DNA of 64,000 nt from Chloroflexota bacterium (GTDB lineage: Bacteria; Chloroflexota; UBA11872; UBA12225), in NCBI GenBank assembly GCA_034437795.1, contig DAOTTI010000137.1, positions 496 through 64,495 on the forward strand, given 5' to 3'. The notes under the pieces are model-generated. The model was not told where the DNA came from and made no database searches. It saw nothing but the letters and a program-made list of their open reading frames with translations. The translations under genes were made by a program, and so were the position numbers. This document shows, in pieces, positions 7,932-17,178 of this stretch (positions are counted from its first letter, which is position 1; each line of letters begins with the position of its first letter).

Positions 7932-9197
7932 CTACACGTCTTCTGGCTTGAAACCCCACACCTCCTCGGGCGGGAGCGACCGGCCCTGCGCGCGCCGCCA
8001 CGGCACGGCCGGCGGCCGGTAGCGGATCGCCAGGTGCGGTGTCTCCAGCCACCACCCCTCGTAGCCGGCGTCCATCAGCGCGGCCAGCGTTCCCGTCGTG
8101 AGCAGCGTCCGCTCCACCGGATACGGGCTGTGGCCGGTGAGAAAGAACTGCTCGATGTGGTGCGCCAGGAAGTTGAAGTGCCACCGAGGGGGCTTGCCCT
8201 CCAGCTTGAAGGCGGTCGCCCTGACCTCCGCCCGCGCCGGCTCCGCGGCCGGTGATGCGGGAACGATCCGAGCCGCGAAGGCGAAATCGGACACGTAGCC
8301 GTTCAGGTTGAGCAGGGTCGCCCGCAGGCCGTCGGCGTAGTGCACGATGAACGCCACCGGCGGATGGGGGCCGGGGAGCGAAGCTCGGGTGGGTGGACGG
8401 GCGCGGAAGAAGTCCGGCGCGCTCCCCGGCTGGTGCCGGCAGGCCGCCAGGGCCGCGTCGAAGAGGTCGTGCGGGAAGCGACCGCCGTCCCAGGCGCGCC
8501 AGAAGGCGTCGCCGTGCAGCAGCTCCACCGCCTGCACGCCGCTCTCGCCCTCGTTCCGGTACTCCACCAGACACTGCAGGGTCTCCAGGGCGTGGAAGCC
8601 GTAGCTCTCCGTTGGCCCGTGGCTCAGGACCAGGGCCTCCTCGACGTGGACGCCCAGGGGCAGGTCCAGGTCCGGCTCGCGGTAGGTGACCGGCAGCGAG
8701 GAGCCGGCCATAAACGGGATACCGAGCGCCCGCGCCGTATCGTACATCCACTTGGCGTTCTCCCAGGAGTACGACAGGTGCTTATCGTTGAAGATCGGCA
8801 CGGGTCGGCCGGCCGCGCGGATGACATTCACCGCCTGCTCGAAGAGCTCGCGGCGCGGATAGAGGTGCTGCCCTTTCTCGTTCCAGGGATATTCGCCGTG
8901 CTCGCCCACGATGAGGACGGCGTCGACCGCCAGACGATCGCCGCCCAGCGTCAAGGCCTCGCGCACGCTGCCGGCGATCGGGATGCCGAAGCGCGCCGCC
9001 CAGCGCCGGCTCAGGTCGTTTTCCGGAAACTGGTCCACGTACAGCGACGCCACCTCGACCGATGGCGTGACCGGCTCGCCATCCAGGTCATAGCCGGCAA
9101 TGAGCTTGGGGATGATCACATCGGCGTGGGAGTCCTTGCGCCAGACGGTGGTAACGGCGGCCACCTTCGGCCGCGCTGGCGTGATGCTGCGGGTCAT
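7932..9197 (-). CDS. Conserved hypothetical protein (about 421 aa), no motif I can assign
   Basis: The ORF has strong GC3 bias. ATG 9197 is preceded by GGAAGGAGACA. The sequence reads ..IVGEHGEYPWNEKGQHLYPRRELF..FNDKHLSYSWENAKWMYD... No GxGxxG or catalytic signature is recognised. Confidence 0.6.
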   Translation of the reverse strand: MTRSITPARPKVAAVTTVWRKDSHADVIIPKLIAGYDLDGEPVTPSVEVASLYVDQFPENDLSRRWAARFGIPIAGSVREALTLGGDRLAVDAVLIVGEHGEYPWNEKGQHLYPRRELFEQAVNVIRAAGRPVPIFNDKHLSYSWENAKWMYDTARALGIPFMAGSSLPVTYREPDLDLPLGVHVEEALVLSHGPTESYGFHALETLQCLVEYRNEGESGVQAVELLHGDAFWRAWDGGRFPHDLFDAALAACRHQPGSAPDFFRARPPTRASLPGPHPPVAFIVHYADGLRATLLNLNGYVSDFAFAARIVPASPAAEPARAEVRATAFKLEGKPPRWHFNFLAHHIEQFFLTGHSPYPVERTLLTTGTLAALMDAGYEGWWLETPHLAIRYRPPAVPWRRAQGRSLPPEEVWGFKPEDV

Positions 9198-9229
9198 GCC
9201 TGTCTCCTTCCTGCGGCCGGTATCATACG

Positions 9230-10393
9230 ATGCCGGTGAACCCCGCCATCGCCCGCCTGCAGCCATACGCCTTTACCCAGCTCCGCGCGCGCCAGGACGC
9301 CCTGGCCGGCCGGCGGATCATCGATCTGGGCGTGGGCGACCCGCAGGACGAGACCCCGGCCTTCATCCGCCGCGCGCTGATCGAGGCCATCACGCCGGCC
9401 GGCCGGTACCCGACGGCGGCCGGCCTGCCCGAGCTGCGGCAGGCCATCGCGGGCTGGCTGCAGCGCCGGTTCGGCGTGCCGGTCGATCCCGAACGGCACG
9501 TCCTGCCGGCCAACGGCTCGAAAGAGGCGCTCTACAATCTGGCCCCGCTGCTGCTCGATGATCCGGCGCGGCGCCCGATCAAGGAGCTCGTCGGCGTGCC
9601 GGAGCTGGCGTACCAGGTCTATGCCGACAGCGCGCGCCTGCACCATGCCGAGGTCTTGTCGCTGCCGCTGGACCGGCACTGGCTGGTGGACCTGAACGCG
9701 ATCACGCCGGCAGTAGGGGAGCGCCTGAAGCTGCTGTGGCTCAACTACCCGAACAATCCCACGGGGGCGGTGGCGCCGCTGGACTTCTACCGCGACGTGC
9801 TGGAGCTGGCTGAGCGCTACGACTTCTACGTCGCGTCCGACGAGGCCTATAGCGAGCTGTGGTACGACGCGCCGCCACCGGGCTTGCTCCAGGCGGCGGA
9901 GGCGACCGGCTTTCGGCGCGCAATTGTGATCAACACGCTCTCCAAGCGAAGCAACATGACGGCGTATCGCTCCGGTCTGATTGCCGGCGATCCCCAGGTC
10001 ATCGCCGCCATGAAGAACGTCCGGCCCCGGATGGGGGTGGCCACGCCGGAGTTTATCCAGCGGGCCGCCATCGCCGCCTGGAACGACGAGGCCCACGTCG
10101 CCCAGCAGCGCGCCCGTTACGCCGAGCGCAGGCAGGTGCTGCTGGCGGCCCTGCAGCAGCGGGGGGCGGTGATCGAAGGCAGCCGGGCCACGTTCTACCT
10201 CTGGGTGCGGGTGCCGGACGGCGTACCGGAACGGGACTCCTTCGCCTTTGCCGAGCGCCTGTTCGAGCGGGGCCTGGTCGTGCTCCCCGGCGGTTTCATG
10301 GGTCCGCGCGGCCGCGAGTACGTCCGCATCGCCTTTGTCGCCCCGTTCGACCAGTGCCGCCAGGCAGCGGCGATCCTTGAGCAGGTGTACTAG
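9230..10393 (+). CDS. dapC: Class I/II PLP aminotransferase, probably N-succinyldiaminopimelate aminotransferase
   Basis: IDLGVGDPQDETP..NNPTGAV..TLSKRSNMTAYRSG provides the PLP lysine motif. It lies immediately upstream of dapD. The assignment is by context and is not diagnostic. Confidence 0.65.
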   Translation: MPVNPAIARLQPYAFTQLRARQDALAGRRIIDLGVGDPQDETPAFIRRALIEAITPAGRYPTAAGLPELRQAIAGWLQRRFGVPVDPERHVLPANGSKEALYNLAPLLLDDPARRPIKELVGVPELAYQVYADSARLHHAEVLSLPLDRHWLVDLNAITPAVGERLKLLWLNYPNNPTGAVAPLDFYRDVLELAERYDFYVASDEAYSELWYDAPPPGLLQAAEATGFRRAIVINTLSKRSNMTAYRSGLIAGDPQVIAAMKNVRPRMGVATPEFIQRAAIAAWNDEAHVAQQRARYAERRQVLLAALQQRGAVIEGSRATFYLWVRVPDGVPERDSFAFAERLFERGLVVLPGGFMGPRGREYVRIAFVAPFDQCRQAAAILEQVY

Positions 10394-10403
10394 GGGACAG
10401 AGC

Positions 10404-11240
10404 ATGCCAGCAACTGGGTGGGACGCAGCACGACGCACGATTGAGGCCGCCTTCGCCGGCGCGCTCGCGCTGGACGAGCCGGCGGTGCGCGAGGCGGTGA
10501 ACGCCACGATCGACGCCCTGGACCGCGGCGAGGTGCGCGCCGCGGAGCCCCGCGCCCCCGGCGAGTGGGAGGCCAACCCCTGGGTGAAGCAGGCCATCCT
10601 GCTGTACATGCGCCTGCAGCAGATGCAGAAGATGGAGGTTGGCCCCTTTGAGTTCTACGACCGCGTGCCGTTGAAGAAGGGCCTGGATAAGCTCGGCATC
10701 CGCGTCGTCCCGCCGGGCACCATCCGCTACGGGGCCTACGTCGAGCGGGGCGCCATCGTCATGCCGGGCTACGTCAACATCGGGGCCTGGGTGGGCGGAG
10801 GAACGATGGTGGACACCTGGGCCACGGTGGGCTCTTGCGCCCAGATCGGGCGGAACGTGCACCTCTCCGGGGGCGTGGGCATCGGCGGCGTGCTCGAGCC
10901 GCCGCAGGCGCGACCGGTGGTGGTCGAGGACAACTGCCTGATTGGCAGCCGGTGCATCGTCACGGAAGGGGCCGTCATCGAGCGGGAGGCCATTCTCGGC
11001 GCCGGCGTGATCATTACGGCCAGCATCCCCATCATCGACGTGCGTGAGGGCCAGGAGGGCAAGGTCTACCGCGGGCGCGTCCCGGCCCGCGCCGTGGTGG
11101 TGGGCGGCGTCCGGCCCCGCACCTTCCCTGGCGGCCAGGCCTTGCTCAACTGCGCCTACATCATCGGGACGCGCTCCGATGCCACGGACAAGAAGGCCTC
11201 CCTCGAGGCGGCCCTGCGGGAGTTTGACGTCTCGGTCTAA
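10404..11240 (+). CDS. dapD: 2,3,4,5-tetrahydropyridine-2,6-dicarboxylate N-succinyltransferase
   Basis: The start is at MPATGWDAARRTIEAAF. Hexapeptide repeats follow: PGYVNIGAWVGGGTMVDTWATVGSCAQIGRNVHLSGGVGIGGVLEP. Confidence 0.85.
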   Translation: MPATGWDAARRTIEAAFAGALALDEPAVREAVNATIDALDRGEVRAAEPRAPGEWEANPWVKQAILLYMRLQQMQKMEVGPFEFYDRVPLKKGLDKLGIRVVPPGTIRYGAYVERGAIVMPGYVNIGAWVGGGTMVDTWATVGSCAQIGRNVHLSGGVGIGGVLEPPQARPVVVEDNCLIGSRCIVTEGAVIEREAILGAGVIITASIPIIDVREGQEGKVYRGRVPARAVVVGGVRPRTFPGGQALLNCAYIIGTRSDATDKKASLEAALREFDVSV

Positions 11241-11328
11241 TCGGCGTCGCTGGTCTCGCCGTGCGCTCGTGGCCGGAGACACCGGCTCAGCCTGGTGAGA
11301 GGGCGCCAGCAGCTTCAGGAGGCGGTCG

Positions 11329-12675
11329 ATCACGCAACTGGTCAGCACGGCCTTTGCCGACGTAGCGCGGCCCCTGGGTGACCGCCAGTTCCGCTGGCTG
11401 TGGCTCTCCACCTTTGCCTGGAACTTCGCGCGCTGGATGGAGATGACGGTCACCAGCTGGGTGGCCCTGCAGCTCAGCGGCTCCCCCTGGCTGGTGGCGA
11501 TGATCGGCGTGTTTCGGACCGCCTTTCTCCCCGTGGCGGGGCCGATCACGGGGGCACTATCGGACCGGTTCGGGCGCGTGCGCCTGATGAAGGTCGCCCA
11601 GTGGGGGAATGTGGTGGCCATCGGCCTGGTTGCCGCCGCTCTGCTGGCCGGTCTGGGCGCCTACTGGCAACTGGTGCTCGCCTCGCTCTGGCTGGGCGCT
11701 AGCTGGGGCATCGACTGGCCATCGCGGCGCGCCCTGGTCGCGGATCTGGTGGGGCCGGAGCGGGTGCTGCCGGCGGTGGTGCTGGACAACGTGACCCAGA
11801 ACGTCTCCCGCATCCTGGGGCCGCTGCTCGGCGGGGTGCTGCTCGCCACCTGGGGTGGCGCCGGCGCCTTCGCCGCGCTGGCAGCCAGCTTCCTGCTGGC
11901 CTCGCTGAGCCTGGCCCCGGTCCGCCCGCTCAAACGGGCGCAGGTGCGGGTAGGGCGTTCGGTGCTCAGGGACCTGGCGGCGGGGCTGGCCTCGGTGCGC
12001 CGCGACGGCGCGGTGTGGGCCGTGCTGGTGATCACCGTAGTGATGAACTGCCTGCTGTTCCCGTATATGCAGCTCCTATCGGTCTTCGCCGAGCAGGTGC
12101 TGGCGGTGGGCCCGCTGGGCCTGGGCTGGATGGGCGCGGCCAACGGGATCGGGGCGTCGTTGGGCCTGCTGCTCCTGCCGCCCCTGCGACGCGCGCACTG
12201 GCAGGGCTGGGCCTTCGCCGGCGGGTCCTGCCTGGCCTGCCTGATGCTCTTCCTCTTCGCCCACTCCACCTGGTTTGGGGCGTCTCTGATGCTGCTCCTG
12301 CTCGTGGGCCTGGGCACCTCGGCCTTCGGCACCATGCAGAGCACGATCGTTCTTTCCCGCACGTCACCGGAGATGCGCGGCCGGGCGATGGGGTTGCTGG
12401 CCTTCGCCATCGGCACCGCGCCGCTGGGGGCGCTGGAGACCGGACTGCTGGTCGAGCGCTTCGGCGCCCCCGCCGCCGTGGCGTTCAACGCCATGCTGGG
12501 CGCGGCGCTCGTCGCCTGGGTCGGCTGGCGGTCCAGCCTGCTGCGGTTCCCCGTGAGGCCGGCCGCCATCAGGCGGCTGCGGGCTCAGCGGCCGGTGCCC
12601 CGCGGCGTCCTGGCCTGCGGGCCATCAGATAGCCGCCAGCGCCTGATCGATGTCCGCGATGATGTCGGCGTCTGA
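11329..12675 (+). CDS. MFS transporter
   Basis: About 12 predicted TM segments, with DRFGRVRLM in loop 2-3. The conserved N-terminal FRWLWLSTFAWNFARW lies upstream of the first ATG (11437). AGGAGG at 11317-11322 sits 6 nt before an in-frame ATC at 11329. Confidence 0.75.
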   Translation: MTQLVSTAFADVARPLGDRQFRWLWLSTFAWNFARWMEMTVTSWVALQLSGSPWLVAMIGVFRTAFLPVAGPITGALSDRFGRVRLMKVAQWGNVVAIGLVAAALLAGLGAYWQLVLASLWLGASWGIDWPSRRALVADLVGPERVLPAVVLDNVTQNVSRILGPLLGGVLLATWGGAGAFAALAASFLLASLSLAPVRPLKRAQVRVGRSVLRDLAAGLASVRRDGAVWAVLVITVVMNCLLFPYMQLLSVFAEQVLAVGPLGLGWMGAANGIGASLGLLLLPPLRRAHWQGWAFAGGSCLACLMLFLFAHSTWFGASLMLLLLVGLGTSAFGTMQSTIVLSRTSPEMRGRAMGLLAFAIGTAPLGALETGLLVERFGAPAAVAFNAMLGAALVAWVGWRSSLLRFPVRPAAIRRLRAQRPVPRGVLACGPSDSRQRLIDVRDDVGV

Positions 12676-13848
12676 TTCGATGCCGGCCGAGATCCGCACC
12701 AAGCCATCGCTGATACCGAGCGCCGCCCGCTGCTCCGGCGTCAGCCCGCGGTGGGAGGCCTGCGCCGGATAGAGCGCCAGCGAGTAGACGTCGCCCAGCG
12801 TCGGGGCCGGCAGCACCAGCTTCAGGGCCTCCATAAACCGTGCCACCTCCGCCGGGCCGGCGTCCCTGATCTCGAAGGCGACCACGCCGCCATAGCCGTG
12901 GCCGCGGAAGAGGCGGCTGGCCAGGGCGTGCTGCGGGTGCCGCGGGAGGCCCGGATAGTGCACCCGCGCGACGCACGAGTGCATCGAAAGGTGGGAGGCG
13001 AGCGAGGCCGCATTGGCGCACTGGCGCGCCAGGCGCAGGGCCAGCGTGCGGATCCCGCGCAGCGCCAGCCAGGCGTCGAACGGGCTGAGCGTCGCCCCGG
13101 CCAGGCGAGCCACCGTCCGCAGGGCCGCCAACAGCTCACCGTCCGCGGCCACCACACCGGCGGTGAGGTCGCCATGTCCGCCCAGGTATTTGGTGGCGCT
13201 GTGGACCACGGCGTGGGCGCCGAACTCGCGGGGCCGGCAGAGGTAGGGAGTGGCGAAGGTGTTATCGACCACCAGCACGGCGCCGGCCTCCTGCGCCAGC
13301 TCGCCCAGGGCGGGGAGGTCGGGGATGCGCAGCAAGGGGTTGCTGATCGTCTCCACGTAGATGACCTTCGGTCTCAGCTCCGCCACCGCTGCCCGGACGC
13401 CGTCGACGCTCGTGGCGTCGACCAGCCGGACGCGCACCCCCTGCGCCGCGAACATAGTGGTGAGCAGGGTTTGCGTCGCGCCGTAGAGGTCGCGACCGGC
13501 GACGATGGCATCGCCGGGGCCAAGCTCGGCCGCCAGCAGCACGGCATGGATGGCGGCCATGCCCGAGCCAAAGGCGACGGCGCCCTCGGTCCCCTCTAGG
13601 GCGGCGACCGCCTGGGCGAAGGCGTCGGTCGTAGGGCTGCCGTGGCGGGCGTAGACATAGCCTGCTCTCGGGTCATCAAACGCGTGGTCCAGGTCTGCCA
13701 GGCGCGGGAAGAAGTAGCCGGCGGACGGCTGGATCGCGGGCGCCACCGGAAAGCCCAGGCCTTCCGGCCTCGCCCGCTCCACGTCCGGCACAGGCCCCTG
13801 GTCCCGCCCGGCGTGCACCGCGCGCGTCTCGAACGACCACTCCACCAT
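12625..13848 (-). CDS. Cys/Met-metabolism PLP-dependent enzyme (cystathionine gamma-synthase/lyase, O-acylhomoserine sulfhydrylase family)
   Basis: YARHGSPTTDAF..FGSGMAAI..HSATKYLGGHGDLTAGVV contains the PLP lysine. The exact reaction cannot be assigned. Confidence 0.85.
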   Translation of the reverse strand: MVEWSFETRAVHAGRDQGPVPDVERARPEGLGFPVAPAIQPSAGYFFPRLADLDHAFDDPRAGYVYARHGSPTTDAFAQAVAALEGTEGAVAFGSGMAAIHAVLLAAELGPGDAIVAGRDLYGATQTLLTTMFAAQGVRVRLVDATSVDGVRAAVAELRPKVIYVETISNPLLRIPDLPALGELAQEAGAVLVVDNTFATPYLCRPREFGAHAVVHSATKYLGGHGDLTAGVVAADGELLAALRTVARLAGATLSPFDAWLALRGIRTLALRLARQCANAASLASHLSMHSCVARVHYPGLPRHPQHALASRLFRGHGYGGVVAFEIRDAGPAEVARFMEALKLVLPAPTLGDVYSLALYPAQASHRGLTPEQRAALGISDGLVRISAGIESDADIIADIDQALAAI

Positions 13849-13884
13849 CTTCTGCCTTCTGCGCCTAGTCTACGTCACACGGCT

Positions 13885-14015
13885 CCCTCATGCGGGGAAG
13901 GACCTCACCCCCTGGCCCCCTCTCCGACACGGAGAGGGGGAACGCGGGCCGCGAGGAGAGGAGATCACCCCAAGCCCCTCGCCGACACGGAGACGCGGGG
14001 GCGCGGGGGCGCGGA
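13885..14015. repeat. Family-B hairpin repeats
   Basis: GGACCTCACCCCCTGGCCCCCTCTCCGACACGGAGAGGGGGAACGCGGGCC, followed by a degenerate second unit. Confidence 0.85.
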
Positions 14016-14693
14016 ACCGTCACCAGTCTGATCGACGCAATGACCGATGGCGTCCGCTCCAACATGGGTCCGTCGGTGTTCCGGCCGCTCCCGCGCGGCT
14101 CGTTCGCGGTAATGCGACTGGTGCCGGTGAACGACGAACGGCTGATCAGCGGGATGGCGAGCGTCTGGCCCAGGTCGGCGTGCACCGAGGCGCGGCAGAT
14201 GGCGGAGCAAATTGCGCTCCGGCGTCCCGCGCTGGTCTTCCCCCACTCCCGAGAAAGCTGGACAACAGGCGCAGCTCTTTCGCCAGTTTTTCGGCTCAGA
14301 CGTGGTGGTGGTTCCCGGCCGCGAGCCTGGCGAGCGGATAGATCACTACCTGCGCTGGCGCACGTGTGAGGTGCGCGATGAGCAGGGGCGGACGGCGACC
14401 GAGCGGGCCCGCGAGAAGTATGGCCAGGCGAAGCCGTTACCGAAGGAACGCCTGCCCAGGGCGCTGGCGCAGGCGGAGACGGCGCGGACGAGCTGTTTTG
14501 ACCGCCGGCCGCTCCCCAGCGTCATTCCCGCGAGCGAGTTCGACGCCTGAGCTCTGGCCGGATCGGCGGATCAGCGCCATGGCGGCGCTCCGGCGGCCGT
14601 CGCCGGGGCATCATCTCCCCTGTGACGTGCGATAATCAGTGGCCGAGTACTGACCAAGGAGCACCAGCTTTGAGCAGCAGCCCACGTGGGTCC

Positions 14694-15692
14694 ATGGCCG
14701 ACACCGTCCGCATTGGCGCCATCGGCTGCGGCGGCATTGCCACGACGCACTTCCGGAACCTGGCGACCATCCCCGGCGTGGAGCTGGCCGCCTTCTGTGA
14801 CGTAGTGCCTGAGCGCGCCGAGGCGGTGGCCGCCCGCTTCAATCCCCAGGCCCGCGTCTGTACCGACTACCGCCAGCTGCTCGACGCCGGCGGCCTGGAT
14901 GCCGTGTACATCACCGTGCCCCCGTTCGCCCATGGCGAGATCGAGCTAGCGGTGCTGGAGGCCGGCCTGCCCTTCTACGTGGAGAAGCCGGTCGCCATCT
15001 CGCTGGACGTGGCCCTGCGCATCCAGCGCGCCATCGAAGAGCGCAACGCGCTGGTCTGTGTTGGCTATCACATGCGCTACGCCCCGGCGACGGAGCGCGC
15101 CTGTGAACTCCTGGGCGGCGCGACCATCGGCCTGGTGTACGGCTACTACAAGACGCGGCCGCCGCTGCGGCCGGGGCACTGGCTGACGGTCAAGGAGCGT
15201 TCCGGCGGCCAGATGGTGGAGCAGACCACGCATATCATCGACCTGGCCCGCCTGCTGGCCGGGGAGGTGAAGACGGTCTATGCTCGCTTCGCCAACCGCC
15301 TGACGCCGGTGCAGCCCGAGTTCACCGCCGCCGACGTGGGGACGGCCACCCTGGAATTCGCCGGCGGCGCCTTGGGGACGATCAGTAACTGCTGGCTGGT
15401 GCCGCTCAACCACGTCAGCGGCCTCGAGGTATGGACCGACCGCGGCGTGATCGAGTTCAACCAGCGTAGCCTGCGCGTCCACCGCGACGGCGCGGTCGAG
15501 GACGTGGCGCTGCCGCCCACGCCGGCCGACGTCTCCGGTCACTTCTTTGCCGACAAGGCCTTCGTCGACGCCCTGCGCACCGGCGACCGGTCGCTCATCC
15601 GCACCCCCTACCATGAGGCGGTGCGCACGCTGGCCGTCAGCCTGGCCGCCACCGAATCCGCCGCCACCGGCCAGCCGGTCTCGCTGGCCTGA
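14694..15692 (+). CDS. Gfo/Idh/MocA family NAD(P)-dependent oxidoreductase
   Basis: MADTVRIGAIGCGGIATTHF is the Rossmann N-terminus, and ..FYVEKPVA.. follows. Confidence 0.85.
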   Translation: MADTVRIGAIGCGGIATTHFRNLATIPGVELAAFCDVVPERAEAVAARFNPQARVCTDYRQLLDAGGLDAVYITVPPFAHGEIELAVLEAGLPFYVEKPVAISLDVALRIQRAIEERNALVCVGYHMRYAPATERACELLGGATIGLVYGYYKTRPPLRPGHWLTVKERSGGQMVEQTTHIIDLARLLAGEVKTVYARFANRLTPVQPEFTAADVGTATLEFAGGALGTISNCWLVPLNHVSGLEVWTDRGVIEFNQRSLRVHRDGAVEDVALPPTPADVSGHFFADKAFVDALRTGDRSLIRTPYHEAVRTLAVSLAATESAATGQPVSLA

Positions 15693-15714
15693 CGGCTGCC
15701 GGACACCGGATGCC

Positions 15715-15975
15715 ATGCCTGAGCGGGTGCACGAGACGCAACTGGTGGTGCTGACGGCGCAGGGACGCCTGCCGGCGCTGCGCGTCAAGGACGAGGAGTA
15801 CGAGGGGTGGAGAATACAGCGCTTCGTGGAGGCGCACCGCCTGCTCCGGCAGCTTGGGCGGAAGCGGTTGACGGCGCAGGACATGGCGCTGCTGGCCGAG
15901 CGCGAGATCCTGAAGCCCGTTGGCCACACCGGCGCCGTCCTGTGGCACCCGTGGCAGCGACGCTCGGCGCGATAG
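15715..15975 (+). CDS. Hypothetical small protein (86 aa)
   Basis: The ORF MPERVHETQLVVLTAQGRLPALRVKDEEYEGWRIQRF.. starts 22 nt after the preceding stop. There is no SD and no recognisable motif. Confidence 0.3.
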   Translation: MPERVHETQLVVLTAQGRLPALRVKDEEYEGWRIQRFVEAHRLLRQLGRKRLTAQDMALLAEREILKPVGHTGAVLWHPWQRRSAR

Positions 15976-16071
15976 GGGTGGATCGGTGGACGGCAGGCCG
16001 GCGCGCGCCGCGAGATAGCGACGCCCGGCGCGAGGGCCCGAGAACGTCTAGACGATCCACGGTGAGCGAGG

Positions 16072-16160
16072 CGTTCCCTCTCTTGCGAGAAGAGGGTGAT
16101 GGCTCCCTCGTTAGGGAGGGTCCCATCTCCCAATGGGAGATGGTCAGGGTGAGGGCGCAC
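16072..16160. repeat. Family-A hairpins in inverted orientation (3 stems)
   Basis: TTCCCTCTCTTGCGAGAAGAGGG, GGCTCCCTCGTTAGGGAGGG, CCCATCTCCCAATGGGAGATGG, then GTCAGGGTGAGGGC. Confidence 0.8.
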
Positions 16161-16238
16161 TTACTAACCTCACTCGTGCGAGCACACGCAGCGGGTAGGC
16201 GGAAGGGCGCCGCGGGCAAGCAACGCGAGGGAACGACG

Positions 16239-17144
16239 ATGGAACGGCGAACATTCGGGCGGACCGGCCTCAGTGTCACGCCCATCGGGCTGGGGGGCTA
16301 CCCCTTCGGCGGGGTCAATCGCGCTGCAGGGTGGGACCCATTTACCCCCGAAGGTCGCCAGACGGCGATCGCCACCATCCACCGCGCCATCGACCTGGGG
16401 ATCAACTATATGGACACCGCGCCAAGCTACGGCGACGGCAATAGCGAGTCGATCTTCGGCGAGGCGCTGGCCCAGGGCGGCCGGCGCGGTCAGGTGATCC
16501 TGGCGACCAAGTGCCGCTGGAACGGCACAGCCCAGGACGTGCTGGAGAGCGTCGAGCGGAGCTTGCGGCGCCTGCGCACCGACGTGATCGACGTCCTGCA
16601 GCTGCACGGCGGGATGTTCACCGCGGAGAACGTCCACCACATCCTGCGCGAGGGCCCGCTGGACGCTATGCGCCGGGTGCGGGATGCCGGCTGGGTGCGC
16701 TTTCTCGGCTTCACCTGCGAGGAGCCGTGGACGGCGCGCCCGCTCATCGCCTCCGACGCCTTCGACGTGGTGCAGCTCCGCTACAACCTGATCTATCAGG
16801 GCGCGGCGCTGCACGCGCTGAACGAGGCGCGCGATCACCGGATGGGAGTGGCCGTGATGCGCCCCATGACCAGCGGCATCCTCCAGCGGACGCTGCGGTA
16901 TCTCAAGCCGGAGTGGCCCGAGGCCGAGATCTATGCCCTCTGCCTCACCTACGTGCTCGCCGACTCCCGCGTGCACGTGGCCAACGTGGGCATGCGCTGG
17001 CCGCACGAGGTGGAGCAGAACGTGGCCCTGGTGGAACGCTTCCGCCCTCCGGCCGGCTTCGACGTGGCCGACCTGCCGCGGCTCACCGCCGGCATCTACC
17101 GCGTGTCCGATCAGGAGGCGGGACTGGCGCCGGAGTCGCCGTGA
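16239..17144 (+). CDS. Aldo/keto reductase
   Basis: MERRTFGRTGLSVTPIGLGGYPFGG..INYMDTAPSYGDGNSE..IDVLQLHG. The upstream part of ORF 15807..17144 is repeat or intergenic sequence. Confidence 0.85.
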   Translation: MERRTFGRTGLSVTPIGLGGYPFGGVNRAAGWDPFTPEGRQTAIATIHRAIDLGINYMDTAPSYGDGNSESIFGEALAQGGRRGQVILATKCRWNGTAQDVLESVERSLRRLRTDVIDVLQLHGGMFTAENVHHILREGPLDAMRRVRDAGWVRFLGFTCEEPWTARPLIASDAFDVVQLRYNLIYQGAALHALNEARDHRMGVAVMRPMTSGILQRTLRYLKPEWPEAEIYALCLTYVLADSRVHVANVGMRWPHEVEQNVALVERFRPPAGFDVADLPRLTAGIYRVSDQEAGLAPESP

Positions 17145-17178
17145 GGGCGGGGGCGAGGAGCGAGGCGAAGAACGGGGG

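Noticed and set aside
12625-12675. The 51-nt overlap of the convergent MFS and PLP-enzyme genes as a possible antisense regulatory arrangement.
   Set aside because: The MFS C-terminal tail is low-complexity and may simply read through to the first stop in GC-rich sequence. There is no independent support for regulation.
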